Part shown: one piece after another, positions 1-9,949 of the stretch
Layout: each line of letters begins with the position of its first letter
How positions within the stretch are numbered: the first letter of the stretch is position 1
Assembly (NCBI GenBank): GCA_963832165.1
Contig: CAWHTE010000005.1
Span: 311,509-375,508, forward strand
From: an uncultured delta proteobacterium
GTDB lineage: Bacteria; Myxococcota_A; UBA9160; SMWR01
DNA: 64,000 bases
Reading direction: 5' to 3'
Made by a program: the position numbers and the translations under genes
Notes under the pieces: model-generated
Told to the model about the DNA's origin: nothing
The model's database searches: none
Seen by the model: the letters and a program-made list of their open reading frames with translations, nothing else

Positions 1-1023
1 CTCGAGCTCGCTGCCGAAGTCGATCGAGAGCTCCGGCGCGCCCTCGCTGTCGGGGAACTCCTCGCCGAACAATGCGCCCGCGTCGTCGTCGAGCAGTCCG
101 CCGCCCGCGAGCTCGTCCTCGGCGCTGGGTCCGATGTCGTCCTCGTGCGCTGCCTCTTCACCCAGGTCGCCGACGGTGGCGAAGCGCTGCAGGATGTCGC
201 GCGCGCGGCTCTCGTCGCCACGGCTGCGATAGAGCTCGGCGAGCCGGCGCATCACGCGCTCGTATTCGGGGAGCTTCTTCGCGCGCTCGTACAGCGCCGC
301 GAGCTGCTCGTAGTGCTCGGTGCTGCCGTCGTCGAGCTGCAGCGCGCGCTCGGCGAGCGAGATCGCCTCGGCGAGCTTCCCGCGCCGGTCGAGGCTCTTC
401 GCGAGCGTCGCCAGCGCGCGCACGTTGCGCTCGTCGATCTCGAGGATGCGCCGGAACACGCCGCCCACGGCTTCGACGTCGCCCTGCCGCTCGAGCTCCT
501 CGGCCGCGAGCAGGTACTCCGCGATCGCGTCGTCCTTCTTCCCTTCCTGGCGCAACAGGTCTGCGACCTTGATCCGGCTCCGCGTGTTAGTGGGATCCGC
601 GTTCGCCATCTTGCGCAGCAGGTCGAGCGCTTCGCTCTTGCGGCCCTGGCGGTGATATCCGTCCGCGGCGGTCTGCAGCGCGGTGAGTGCCTCGCCGGTG
701 AGTCCCATCCGCTCGTAGAGCTCGGCGAGCGGCGCGTAGGCGTCGAGCCGGTCCGGGTCGAGGTTCAGGAGCTGCTTGAACACAGCCACGGCGCGGGCAT
801 CGAAGCCCTCCGCCATGTACTGCTCGGCGACCTTGCGATAGGTGTCGACGGCCTCTTCGACCTGACCCCAGCGCCGATGGGCATCGCCCACCTCGAGCCG
901 GAGCTTGGCGTCCTTCGGATCGAGCTTGAGGAGCTTCTGATACTCGGCGAGCGCCTTATCCTTGGCGTTCTTCTGAGCCAGCTTGCGCGCGAGCTCGAGG
1001 ATCTTCCGCTTGTCCGCCGCCAA
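1..1023 (-). CDS. sgmX: TPR-repeat protein, SgmX-like (MglA effector); runs off the left edge
   Basis: Own translation from TTG 1023: MAADKRKILELARKLAQKNAKDKALAEYQKLLKLDPKD..., tandem TPRs resembling the SgmX N-terminus; lies downstream of pilQ/mglC as in myxobacteria. Confidence 0.7.
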   Translation of the reverse strand, partial: MAADKRKILELARKLAQKNAKDKALAEYQKLLKLDPKDAKLRLEVGDAHRRWGQVEEAVDTYRKVAEQYMAEGFDARAVAVFKQLLNLDPDRLDAYAPLAELYERMGLTGEALTALQTAADGYHRQGRKSEALDLLRKMANADPTNTRSRIKVADLLRQEGKKDDAIAEYLLAAEELERQGDVEAVGGVFRRILEIDERNVRALATLAKSLDRRGKLAEAISLAERALQLDDGSTEHYEQLAALYERAKKLPEYERVMRRLAELYRSRGDESRARDILQRFATVGDLGEEAAHEDDIGPSAEDELAGGGLLDDDAGALFGEEFPDSEGAPELSIDFGSELE

Positions 1024-1135
1024 CGACAGCCCCGTCCTGCCAGATGGTCTTGGCCCGGCTTCGGCTCGCAGCGCGGAAGCCCGCGGCGCGACACCGAAAA
1101 GTGAACGGCACCGGAGCACTCCGGTACTTTTCCTC

Positions 1136-1163
1136 TCTTCGGTTGCGTGGGCTTCCCGGTTGA
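1136..1163 (-). promoter_or_regulatory. Candidate sigma28-type promoter for the sgmX-like gene
   Basis: TCAA-N16-ACCGAAGA. Confidence 0.5.
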
Positions 1164-1182
1164 GGTTCCCGTGGGGGAAAGT

Positions 1183-1629
1183 TCAGCCGTCCAGCACGTC
1201 CAGCAGCGCCGCGAGTCCGAGCGTGTAGCTGCGAGCGCCGAAGCCCGCGACGAGTCCGACCGCGATCCCCGAGACATAGGAGGTATGGCGGAAGGACTCG
1301 CGCGCGAACACGTTGGAGAGGTGGACCTCGACCACGGGCATCCCCGTGGCCGCGAGCGCATCGCGCAGCACCACGCTCGTGTGGGTGAGCCCGCCCGGGT
1401 TGATCAGGATGCCGTCCGCCCAGCCGATCGCGGCGTGGATGCGGTCGACGAGCACTCCCTCGTGGTTGCTCTGGAAACACTCCACCTCGGCGCCGCGCTC
1501 CTTTGCGGAGTCGGCGAGCGCGGCGTCGATCTCCTCGAGCGTGGTCGCCCCATAGATCTCGGGCTCGCGCGTTCCGAGCAGGTCGAGGTTCGGGCCGTGG
1601 ATGACCTGAATGCGGCGCAGCTCGCTCAA
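1183..1629 (-). CDS. aroQ: Type II 3-dehydroquinate dehydratase
   Basis: [30 protein letters not shown] motifs; TTG start after G-rich RBS. Confidence 0.95.
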   Translation of the reverse strand: MSELRRIQVIHGPNLDLLGTREPEIYGATTLEEIDAALADSAKERGAEVECFQSNHEGVLVDRIHAAIGWADGILINPGGLTHTSVVLRDALAATGMPVVEVHLSNVFARESFRHTSYVSGIAVGLVAGFGARSYTLGLAALLDVLDG

Positions 1630-1660
1630 TGGCCCCCCTCCGACTGGCGAGTGGCGACCC

Positions 1661-2035
1661 TCAGAGCTCCTGGCGGATCGCCAGCAGATGCCGGCGAATG
1701 AGATAGCGCGCCTTGCCGAGGTTGCCATCGGCCGAGAGCACGAGCGCGAGGAACGTGTCGCCATCGATCGGCCGGAACACGAGGCTCATTCGCGCGAGCG
1801 AGACGACCGTCTCGCTCACGGCGCCGCCGCCCAGTGCGTCGGCCGCTTTGCGGATCTCCTCGAGGATGCGCGAGAACTCGATCCCGGCGCTGCCGATGTC
1901 CTCCTGGAGCGGGCCCTCCGGAATCCGATCGGTCACGTACTCCTCGATCGGAATTCCGTCCGCGCCCATCAATACGGCGCCGAGGCCTCCGCCGCACTCC
2001 TCCACGATGCTGCGCAGAATCGATCGGAACGTCAT
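1661..2035 (-). CDS. mglC: Roadblock/LC7 protein, MglC (MglB paralog)
   Basis: MTFRSIL...MGADGI...DGNLGKARY matches the MglC pattern; position downstream of pilQ. Confidence 0.8.
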   Translation of the reverse strand: MTFRSILRSIVEECGGGLGAVLMGADGIPIEEYVTDRIPEGPLQEDIGSAGIEFSRILEEIRKAADALGGGAVSETVVSLARMSLVFRPIDGDTFLALVLSADGNLGKARYLIRRHLLAIRQEL

Positions 2036-2535
2036 GTCTGTGCTCTCCGCGCGTTCACGAGCCAGCGCTCGAGCGCCGCGATCACCGTTGCATCCTCTCG
2101 CGCGGGCCGATCGGCCGCCGCGACGTCTCCGAGCTGCGCGCGGATGCGCGCCGCGCCGCGGCGATCACCCTGGCGCTCGAGCAGATCCGCCATCGTGCGC
2201 GTCGCGAAGGCGCCGGTCGACGCGACCGTGCTGTGCTCATCCGCAGCGCCATCAGCGAATAGCGCCGCCTCTTCCGCGATCGAGTCGGGCGTGATCATGT
2301 GCGCGAGGTCGGGCTCGGCCGCCTCGAACGCGCGCTCGAGCTCGACTTCCGAGACGCCGGCCGGGACCGGGCCCGCCCTGCGCTGCAAGAGCGGCCGCGC
2401 CGACGCGAGCGCCGATTCGGCCCACGAGTCGATCTCGCGCCGCAGCCCGCCCCGGGCGTCGTGCTGGCGCAGTTCCGCGAGCGCGCGAAGCGCGTTCGCG
2501 AGCTCCGCGATCCGATCCTCCGCTGCGCCGGCCAT
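2032..2535 (-). CDS. Hypothetical protein coupled to mglC
   Basis: ATGA overlap with mglC; C-terminal TMADLLERQG...ALERWL motif. Confidence 0.6.
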   Translation of the reverse strand: MAGAAEDRIAELANALRALAELRQHDARGGLRREIDSWAESALASARPLLQRRAGPVPAGVSEVELERAFEAAEPDLAHMITPDSIAEEAALFADGAADEHSTVASTGAFATRTMADLLERQGDRRGAARIRAQLGDVAAADRPAREDATVIAALERWLVNARRAQT

Positions 2536-2546
2536 CCCTCTCCCCT

Positions 2547-3719
2547 CTACCGGCGGACGCGGCGCCGCGCCGCCCCAACGGTCCCGCGCCCCGACCGGGG
2601 CAGTCGCGCCGGCAGCGCCGCCGCGACCTCCGAGGGCAGGAGCGGCACCGTTCGCGCCGACCCCACACCCCCGAGCACCACGTAGTGGATGCGCGAGTCC
2701 TGCCTCTTCTTATCGACCTGGAGCGCGGAGAGATAAGCGCTTCTCGGGAACGGCGGGGGCTGGGTCGGCAGGCCCAGGCGTCGGCACAGCTTCTCGAGCC
2801 GCGCCGCGGTGCCCAGCGGCGCGTAGCCGAGGGCCTCGGAGCGCTCCGCCGCGTAGACCATCCCGATCGCGACCGCCTCGCCGTGCAGCAGGCCCCGGTA
2901 GTGCGTGAGCGCCTCGATCGCATGGGCGAGCGTGTGGCCGAAGTTGAGCAGCATGCGCACGTCGGCCTCGCGCTCGTCGCGCCGGACCACCTCGGCCTTG
3001 ATCTCCACGGCGCGCCCGAGCACGGGCACGAGCACGGACTCCTCGAGCGCGAGCAAGCCCTCGACGTCCCGCTCGAGTGTCTCGAACAGCTCGGCGTCCC
3101 AGATGATCGCCTTCTTGACCACCTCGGCGAAGCCGGCCGCGCGCTCGCGCGCCGGCAGCGTGCGCAGCGTCGCCACGTCGACCGCCACGAGCCGCGGCTG
3201 GTGGAACGCGCCGACCAGATTCTTGCCCTCGCGCAGGTTCACGCCCGTCTTGCCGCCCACGCTCGCGTCGACCATCGCCAGCACGGTCGTGGGCACCTGA
3301 ACGAACGGGATCCCGCGCAGATAGGTGGCGGCTGCATAGCCGGTGAGGTCGCCCACCATGCCTCCGCCGAGCGCGACGAGAACGCTGTGGCGATCCGCGC
3401 GGGCCCGCAACAGCTCGTGATAGACCCGCTCGACCACGCGCAGGGTCTTGCTCGCGTCGCCGTCGGGCACGTCGATGCGCGCGGTGGCCATTCCGGCAGC
3501 GCGCAGCGAGCGCAGCACGCGCGTCGCATAGCGGCGCCCGACCGGCGGCACCGTGATCACCACGGCGCGGCGCGCACCCGTGCACGCGACCACGCGCTCT
3601 CCGAGCCCCGCGAGCGTTCCCGCGCCGATCTCCACGGGGTACGAGCGATCGCCGAGCTCGACCGTCACGCTGCGCAGCGCGCGGCCCGCGGAGACTTTCG
3701 GCAATCGGTCGTTCGGCAC
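2547..3719 (-). CDS. aroB: 3-dehydroquinate synthase
   Basis: GGGMVGDL, PTTVLAMVDASVGGKTG, LNFGHT motifs. Confidence 0.95.
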   Translation of the reverse strand: MPNDRLPKVSAGRALRSVTVELGDRSYPVEIGAGTLAGLGERVVACTGARRAVVITVPPVGRRYATRVLRSLRAAGMATARIDVPDGDASKTLRVVERVYHELLRARADRHSVLVALGGGMVGDLTGYAAATYLRGIPFVQVPTTVLAMVDASVGGKTGVNLREGKNLVGAFHQPRLVAVDVATLRTLPARERAAGFAEVVKKAIIWDAELFETLERDVEGLLALEESVLVPVLGRAVEIKAEVVRRDEREADVRMLLNFGHTLAHAIEALTHYRGLLHGEAVAIGMVYAAERSEALGYAPLGTAARLEKLCRRLGLPTQPPPFPRSAYLSALQVDKKRQDSRIHYVVLGGVGSARTVPLLPSEVAAALPARLPRSGRGTVGAARRRVRR

Positions 3720-3750
3720 GCGCCGAGTATAAGCGGGCGCCGCGCCCGCG

Positions 3751-3786
3751 AAAACGAAGCGCGGCGGAGGGAGGCCTCCGCCGCGC
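3751..3786 (-). terminator. Intrinsic terminator after pilQ
   Basis: gcgcggcggagg/cctccgccgcgc stem followed by ttcgtttt on the minus strand. Confidence 0.75.
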
Positions 3787-3818
3787 CTGGTTTCACGCCG
3801 TCCAGAGACGGCCGATCG

Positions 3819-6575
3819 CTAGCTCGCCGCGGGCGCCTGCGTGTCCACGACGCGCGGGCTCACGAAGATCAAGAGCTCCTTGCGGTCGTCGCTGACCTCT
3901 TTGCTCCTGAACAGGTTGCCCAGGAACGGCAGCCGCGAGAGGTAGGGCACGGCCGTGCCCGTCTCCGAGCGATCGACCACGTAGATGCCGCCGAGCACGA
4001 GCGTCTGGCCGTCCTTCACGAGCGTCTCGGTCTGCACCTGGTTCTTCGCGATACCGGGCGTGCCGTCGAGCGTCGCGACACTGTCGTCGGGCGCGTTCCG
4101 GCTGACCTTGATCTTCATGATGATGCTGCCGTCGGCCGTGATGTGCGGAGTCACGTCGAGCTTGAGCACGGCGTCGACGAACTCGAGCTGGGCATCCCCG
4201 TTCTCGAACGTCTGGAACGGGATCGACACGCCCTGCTCGATGATCGCCGGGCTGTTGTCGAGCGTCACCACGCGCGGGCTCGAGATCACCTTGCCCTCGC
4301 CGTTCACCTCGGCGGCCTGGAGCTCGAGGTCGAAGTTGAACTTCTCGTCGAGCACCGAAGCGGCCATGCCCAGGATGCCCGTCGGGTTCGACGTGATCGG
4401 GTTGCCGAACACCACGTTGTGTCCGTCGACGAGACCACCCGAACCCGGCGTGAACAGGTAGTCGCGTCCGCCGAGCGTGCCCTCGGTGAGCGGATTCGCA
4501 CCGAAGTTCCAGCGCGTGCCCAGCTCCCGCGAGTACTGGAGGCCGGCCTCGACGATCTTCGCCTCGATCATGACCTGCGGCGTCATCGCGTCGACGGCCT
4601 TGATCAGCGCCGTCGCCTCGTCGATCACCGACGGGATGTCCTTGATGATGATCGTGTTGGTCCGCTTGTCGACGTTCACGGTGCCGCGCTCGGTCAGGAG
4701 CTCCTTCACCATGCTCGACACGTCGCCCACCATCGCGTAGTTCACGGGCTGGAGCTTCACGACGAGGTCCTCGAGCTTCTCCTTCGCGCGCCGCTCCTGG
4801 AGCCGGAGCTCCTCTTCCTGAGCCAGCACGTCGTTCGCCGCGATCCGCAACACGTTGCCGATCCGCGCGAACCCGAGACCCTTCGTCAACAGGATCACGT
4901 CGAGCGCCTGGTCCCACGGCACGTCCACAAGTCGGATCGTGACCTTGCCCTTCACCTCGTCGCCCGCGATCACGTTGAGGTCGGAGACCTCTGCGATCAG
5001 CCGCAGCACGTCGGCGATGTCGACCTCCTTGAAGTCGAGCGAGATGTGACGGCCCACGTACTCCTTGCCGTCCATCAGACCGCCCTCGTTCAGGATCTCG
5101 ATCGCAGCGGGCGGCGTGCCCGACGCCGGATCGGCCGGTGCCGAGGCGGTGGGCAGGCTCGCGCCCTCGGGAGCGATCGAAGCCGGATCCGCCGGCGCGC
5201 CGTCGGCCGGCTGTGAGCCTTCCGCGTACGCGGGCGGAATCGCCGCGATCTTGTCCGCGCCGTTCGCGAAGTCCAGCGTCAGCACCGCGTCGTTCTTCGT
5301 CACCTCGGGCTTGAGGCCCGCGGCGCGCTTCACGACCACGCGCACCTCCGGCGTCTTCACGTCGGGCTGCGCGAACGCGCTCACGAGCGACACCGAACCG
5401 ACCTTCTCGGGGGCGATGCGCACCCGGGCCTCGGGCGCGATCGTCGCGTCCGCGATCGAGACGATCAGCGTCTCGGCATCCGGCTCGTAGACGAGGTAGT
5501 CGATCGGCTGCTCGGAGAGCACGACCACGCGGTCGCGCTCGGGCTGCGCGTCGAACTCCACGCCGAGGATCTTCGCAGGGCCGCTCGCCGTCGCCTTCAC
5601 GGGCGCGGGCTCACCGGCGGACTTCTCCGCAAGCGCCGGCTGCGCGCCGGATGCGTTGGCCACTTCGGCGTCGAGCGCCGCGTCGGAGCCGAGCGCCACC
5701 ACGAGGCCCGACGGCACCGGAATCACGCGCCGGCCCTCGAACGGAGCCGCCTCGGATCCGCCGTCGACCACCACGCGCACCTTGTCGTCGTGGTTGCCCA
5801 CGCGCACGCGCGCGACCTGCTGAGAACCCACTTCCACGGTCGGCTTCGCGACCTTGCTCTTCATCGCGGGCAGATCGACGACGAGCCGCGCCGGATTCTC
5901 GAGCGTAAACGTCACGGCGCTGTCGACGCTGCCATCGCTCTGCAGATGGATCAGCGTGCCTGCGCCCACCGCGCGCGCGTCGACGCCCGTGAGCAGCGTC
6001 GCGGCGGGGGCCTCGATCGAGAGCTCGCCCTCGGCGGGCTCGCCCGTCCAGGCTCCGGCCTCGGCCTCGTCGGCCTGCGCGGTCTCGTCGCCCTGGGGCG
6101 CCGTCCACGGATCCTGCGCATCCGAGCCCGAACCGACCGGAGACAGCGCGATCACGACGCCCTCGGGCCCTGCGGTCACCTCGTGCTCGGCCGCCGATGC
6201 CAGGCGGACCTCGACACGGGTCATCGGCTCGTCACCGGCCTGGTCGACCGCGGTGACCTGGATGTCCTCGACGCGTCCGTCGCCAACCGGAACCAACGCG
6301 ACGTCGCCCGGCTTCACGTTGGCGAGATCGACGACGAGGCGATCCGGATCGTTCTGTTGATAGGCCGTGTAGACCGGATCGACCGGCCCGACCACGGTGA
6401 TGGTGGTGCCATCGTCCGAGGATTCGACGAGAACGTCGACGACTTCGCCCTGCGCACTAGACGCCGACGGCGGCGAGCTCGCGCATGCGAAGGTTCCGAC
6501 GCTGATCAGGCCGCACAGCGCGGCTCCGATCGCGACCTGGATCCCGAAGGTTTTCAAGCCCCGCATCGAAATCAA
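3819..6575 (-). CDS. pilQ: Type IV pilus secretin with N-terminal AMIN domains
   Basis: RLVVDL AMIN repeats, ISLDFKEVDI, VPWDQALD, ELLIFVSPRV secretin motifs. Confidence 0.95.
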   Translation of the reverse strand: MISMRGLKTFGIQVAIGAALCGLISVGTFACASSPPSASSAQGEVVDVLVESSDDGTTITVVGPVDPVYTAYQQNDPDRLVVDLANVKPGDVALVPVGDGRVEDIQVTAVDQAGDEPMTRVEVRLASAAEHEVTAGPEGVVIALSPVGSGSDAQDPWTAPQGDETAQADEAEAGAWTGEPAEGELSIEAPAATLLTGVDARAVGAGTLIHLQSDGSVDSAVTFTLENPARLVVDLPAMKSKVAKPTVEVGSQQVARVRVGNHDDKVRVVVDGGSEAAPFEGRRVIPVPSGLVVALGSDAALDAEVANASGAQPALAEKSAGEPAPVKATASGPAKILGVEFDAQPERDRVVVLSEQPIDYLVYEPDAETLIVSIADATIAPEARVRIAPEKVGSVSLVSAFAQPDVKTPEVRVVVKRAAGLKPEVTKNDAVLTLDFANGADKIAAIPPAYAEGSQPADGAPADPASIAPEGASLPTASAPADPASGTPPAAIEILNEGGLMDGKEYVGRHISLDFKEVDIADVLRLIAEVSDLNVIAGDEVKGKVTIRLVDVPWDQALDVILLTKGLGFARIGNVLRIAANDVLAQEEELRLQERRAKEKLEDLVVKLQPVNYAMVGDVSSMVKELLTERGTVNVDKRTNTIIIKDIPSVIDEATALIKAVDAMTPQVMIEAKIVEAGLQYSRELGTRWNFGANPLTEGTLGGRDYLFTPGSGGLVDGHNVVFGNPITSNPTGILGMAASVLDEKFNFDLELQAAEVNGEGKVISSPRVVTLDNSPAIIEQGVSIPFQTFENGDAQLEFVDAVLKLDVTPHITADGSIIMKIKVSRNAPDDSVATLDGTPGIAKNQVQTETLVKDGQTLVLGGIYVVDRSETGTAVPYLSRLPFLGNLFRSKEVSDDRKELLIFVSPRVVDTQAPAAS

Positions 6576-7154
6576 CCCCCCTCGTTCCGACGCATCCGCA
6601 TCTCAACGTCCTTGGTCGTTTCCTGACCCAGGTAATCGACATAGGTTTCTTTCACGACGACCGTGTTGTCATCGATCGAAATCACGTGTCCGCGGTTCTT
6701 CCCGATCGCGGCGCCGGCTCCGATGATGTACGACTCGCCCGACGGATCCTCGACCAGCGCGCGCGCGTTGCCCGTGCGCCACACGACCGCGACCACCTCG
6801 AGCTGCGAGAGATCGAACTGGCCGAGCGGGCCCGCCTCCGCGACCGCCTGCATCTTGTCCGGGCGGTCCCAGACGAAGCTGCGGAACGGGTCGCGCTTGC
6901 CGGTCGCGTCGTAGGCATAGCCGGTCTCGATCTGCGCCACACCCGAGATCGGATCGATCGCGGGCTCCGCCACGCGGCTTGACCGCGGGCGGCGCCACGG
7001 CCCGTGCCGTGTGCGTGACCGTGGCTTCCTCGCGCGCCTGCGCAAACTCGTTGGCCGTGAGGCCGGCCGGCGGCTGCTCGGTGCAGCCGATCGCGGTCCC
7101 GAGTGAGGCCACCGTCGCGAGCGCCCAGAACGAGCTTCTGCGTCGTTTCGTCAT
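6572..7154 (-). CDS. pilP: PilP lipoprotein (one frameshift near 6980)
   Basis: Lipoprotein signal (AIGC) in one frame; YDATGKRDPF...PLGQFDLSQL in another. Confidence 0.85.
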
Positions 7155-7164
7155 GCCCCTCGCC

Positions 7165-7755
7165 TCAGCTCTTGCTCACGAAGCGGAAGGTGGTCGCGGT
7201 GCCCGACACGACCAGACGCGTCTCGGCCGCCGAGGACGACGCCACCTTCATGTCCAGCGCACCCAAGTTCACGATGCGCGGGAGTCGCGAGACGGAATCG
7301 AAGAATCGCGCGATCTCGTGATAGGTCCCCTCGATCTGCACCGAGATCGGGACCTCCGCGTAGAAGTCGTGGACCTGCTCGTTCTCGCGCTTGAACGACT
7401 TGATCTCGACGCCGGCCGTCTTGCCCAGGTTGCTGATGTCGGCCAGCAGCACCTCGAGCTGCTTCTCGTTCGGAAGCTGGCGCAGCGCCACCCCGAGCTG
7501 AGCCTCGAGCTGCGTGATCTCCGCTTCGAACGCATGGATGTTCGCGGCGATCGTGCGAACTTCGGAGAGCTTGCGCTGGAGCTCGAGCTCCTGCGCGCGC
7601 AGGCCGGTCAGGCGCTCGTGCTCGGCCTGGTAGTACCCGAAGTAGTAGAGCGCGCCGATCAGCAGCGCGACGCCCAGCAGGATGCCCGCGCGCGCGCCGC
7701 GCGAGAGCTTCGCGAGTTGATCGAGCTGAGACTGGAGTCCGGGAGATACTTCCAT
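7165..7755 (-). CDS. pilO: Pilus alignment protein PilO
   Basis: LPNEKQLEVLL, FYAEVPI, GTYHEIARFFD motifs; ATG 7755. Confidence 0.9.
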   Translation of the reverse strand: MEVSPGLQSQLDQLAKLSRGARAGILLGVALLIGALYYFGYYQAEHERLTGLRAQELELQRKLSEVRTIAANIHAFEAEITQLEAQLGVALRQLPNEKQLEVLLADISNLGKTAGVEIKSFKRENEQVHDFYAEVPISVQIEGTYHEIARFFDSVSRLPRIVNLGALDMKVASSSAAETRLVVSGTATTFRFVSKS

Positions 7756-7766
7756 GGCGTCCTCGT

Positions 7767-8389
7767 CTAGCCCTGCTTCTGCGAGGCCGGCGCAGTCGCG
7801 GGAGCCGGCGCTGCGGGAGCGCCCGGCGCCGCCTGCGCGGTCTGCGGCGCGACCATCGTCGCCTGGATCCGGAACTTCACGACCTTGAGGCCGTCGGGGC
7901 CGTTCCCGAGCTCGGTGCTGTTCGAGATCCACGTTGGCGAAGTACGGCGAGTCACCGAGCGAGCCCAGGAACACCGCCACGAGCTCGTTGTCGAGGCTCT
8001 GGCCGGTGATCTCGATCTGGGTGCCCTTGGTCGAGATGGCGTCGAGCCACACGCGCTCGGGCGTGTGCGTGGCCAGCTCGTCCATCACCCGCACCGGGCC
8101 CTTGCGCGCGCGGTCGAGGCCCGCGATCACGTCGATCTTCTTCTGCAGCTCGGCCTTCTTGGCGCGGAACGCGGCCACCTGATCGAGCTGCGGCTGGAAC
8201 TTCGCGATGTCGTTCTGCATCTGCGCGATGCGGTTCGTCGTCGTCTCGATCTGCCCGCTGAGATCGGAGTGCGCGAAGCCGATCAGCGCGCACGACGAGG
8301 ATCATCATCAGAACGAGCTCGAGCACGTTCTGCTTGACGTCCGCCTTGCGCTTGGTTTCGCGGACCGGAAGGAGATTGATCTGGATCAC
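7767..8389 (-). CDS. pilN: PilN (frameshifts near 8290 and 7920)
   Basis: MIQINLLP start; P-x-x-VWL and SPYFANVDL motifs split over three ORF segments. Confidence 0.85.
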
Positions 8390-9462
8390 CGGGCCTCCTC
8401 CCGCAGGGCGAGTCCCACTCCGACGCCCAGCGCGGGCGCGAGGTCATCGAGATAGTCCGGCTCGTAGCGGCTCGACGGGAGCATCCGCGTGAGCGGATTC
8501 AGCACCGCCACCGCGAGGCCGGTGCGGTCGTGGAAGGCCTTCGCGAAGCCGGACACCTTCGAGGCGCCGCCCGCGAGGTAGACCTTCTCGATCCGGCTGT
8601 CGGCGCTCGTCGCGCCGTAGAAGTCGAGCGAGCGGCTGATCTCGCCGATCACGGTCTCGGTCACGCTCTGGATCGCCTGCTCGACTTCCTGCGGCACCAC
8701 GTCCTGGCTGCCGCTCTTGCGTCCGCCGAGCTTGATCCGCTCCGCTTCGCTGAAGCTGATCGAGAGCGCCTTCTGGATCTCTTCGGTGTACTGGTTGCCC
8801 GCGGTCGTGATGTCGCGCGTGAAGCACGGCACGCCGCCCGCGACGATGTTGATGTTGACGACCTGCGCGCCCACGTTCACGAGCGCGACGGTCGAGCCGC
8901 GCGACTCGGCGTAGTTGGCCTCGAACGCGTTCTCCACGGCGAAGGCCGCGACGTCGATCGCCACCGGCACGAGGCCCGCCTCGTGGATCACCTGCACGTA
9001 GTCGTCGATCAGGTCCTTCTTCGCGGCGACGAGCAGGACCTCCATCTGACCCTCGTCGTTGCCTCCGCCGAGGATCTGGAAGTCGAGGTTCACCTCGTTG
9101 ACGTCGAACGGGATGTACTGCTCCGCTTCCCAGCGGATCTGCTCGTCGAGCTCCTCGCGGCTCATCGCGGGAAGGCTCACCTTCTTCACGATCACCGAGT
9201 GGCCCGACACCGCGGCCGCGACGTTCTTGGTCTTGATCTTGCCGTTGTCGATCGCCTCGCGGATCGCCTCGGTGATCGCGCTCGCGTTCAGGAACGCGCC
9301 CTGCACGATCGCCTCGGCGGGCACGTTCGCGACGCCGAGGTGCGACAGCTCGAAGCCGCCCGAGCGGCCCTTCATCGTGAGCTCGACGGCCTTGATCGTG
9401 GACGAGCCGACGTCGAGTCCGACGATCGATCGGGAGTTGAAACGCGGAAGGCTGAATTTCAC
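8386..9462 (-). CDS. pilM: Pilus assembly actin-like protein PilM
   Basis: VGLDVGSSTIK, EAEQYIPF, LAGGASK; GTG start 9462 with GGGGAG RBS. Confidence 0.95.
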   Translation of the reverse strand: MKFSLPRFNSRSIVGLDVGSSTIKAVELTMKGRSGGFELSHLGVANVPAEAIVQGAFLNASAITEAIREAIDNGKIKTKNVAAAVSGHSVIVKKVSLPAMSREELDEQIRWEAEQYIPFDVNEVNLDFQILGGGNDEGQMEVLLVAAKKDLIDDYVQVIHEAGLVPVAIDVAAFAVENAFEANYAESRGSTVALVNVGAQVVNINIVAGGVPCFTRDITTAGNQYTEEIQKALSISFSEAERIKLGGRKSGSQDVVPQEVEQAIQSVTETVIGEISRSLDFYGATSADSRIEKVYLAGGASKVSGFAKAFHDRTGLAVAVLNPLTRMLPSSRYEPDYLDDLAPALGVGVGLALREEAR

Positions 9463-9488
9463 GATGAGATCTCCCCGGGACGCGAGTC

Positions 9489-9740
9489 TCAGGTCTGGTT
9501 CTCGTGCATGGACAGGAGCGCGGCCGCGATCGGCGCGTCGGTGCGCATGCCGAACACGCGGTCCTTGTCGCTGATGCGAAGACCGAGCGCGAGGAGCACC
9601 TTGCGCTTGGTGTCGAGGCGGCACGGACGTCCCGCCTCCACGCGATCGATCGTCAAGGTCGACAGGCCCGCCTTGCGAGCCAGCTCCGCTTTGCTCATCA
9701 TCAGAGCTTCGCGATATCGCTGCACGTTGTTGCTCGGCAC
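9489..9740 (-). CDS. Small XRE-family HTH protein upstream of pilM
   Basis: NNVQRYREALMMSKAELARKAGLSTLTIDRVEAG; GTG 9740 with GAGGGGG RBS. Confidence 0.85.
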   Translation of the reverse strand: MPSNNVQRYREALMMSKAELARKAGLSTLTIDRVEAGRPCRLDTKRKVLLALGLRISDKDRVFGMRTDAPIAAALLSMHENQT

Positions 9741-9802
9741 TCTCCCCCTCCAGCAACCCTGCATCCGCACCTTTTTCCGAGCACGGCAAAAGGACTTCGC
9801 TC

Positions 9803-9830
9803 GTATCGGCGCGAGGTTTGGGCGACTTGA
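9803..9830 (-). promoter_or_regulatory. Candidate sigma28-type promoter for HTH-pilMNOPQ
   Basis: TCAA-N16-GCCGATAC. Confidence 0.65.
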
Positions 9831-9914
9831 GACTGCTTGCTCACTCTGCGCAAGCGCGCGCGTAGGCGGGCTGCGGGCAACTACTGCGCAGCAGGCCAGC
9901 AGCCCGGGATGCAC

Positions 9915-9942
9915 TCACGCAGCGCGCAGGGCGATCCGATAT
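9915..9942 (+). promoter_or_regulatory. Candidate sigma28-type promoter for the degenerate EBP
   Basis: TCAC-N16-TCCGATAT, 7 nt before GTG 9950. Confidence 0.45.
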
Positions 9943-9949
9943 CCCCACG

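Noticed and set aside
2685..5216. Long ORFs antisense or off-frame to real genes (also 23641-26418, 31094-33163, 60218-62173)
   Set aside because: Shadow ORFs expected in high-GC DNA; no motifs, and they overlap well-supported genes
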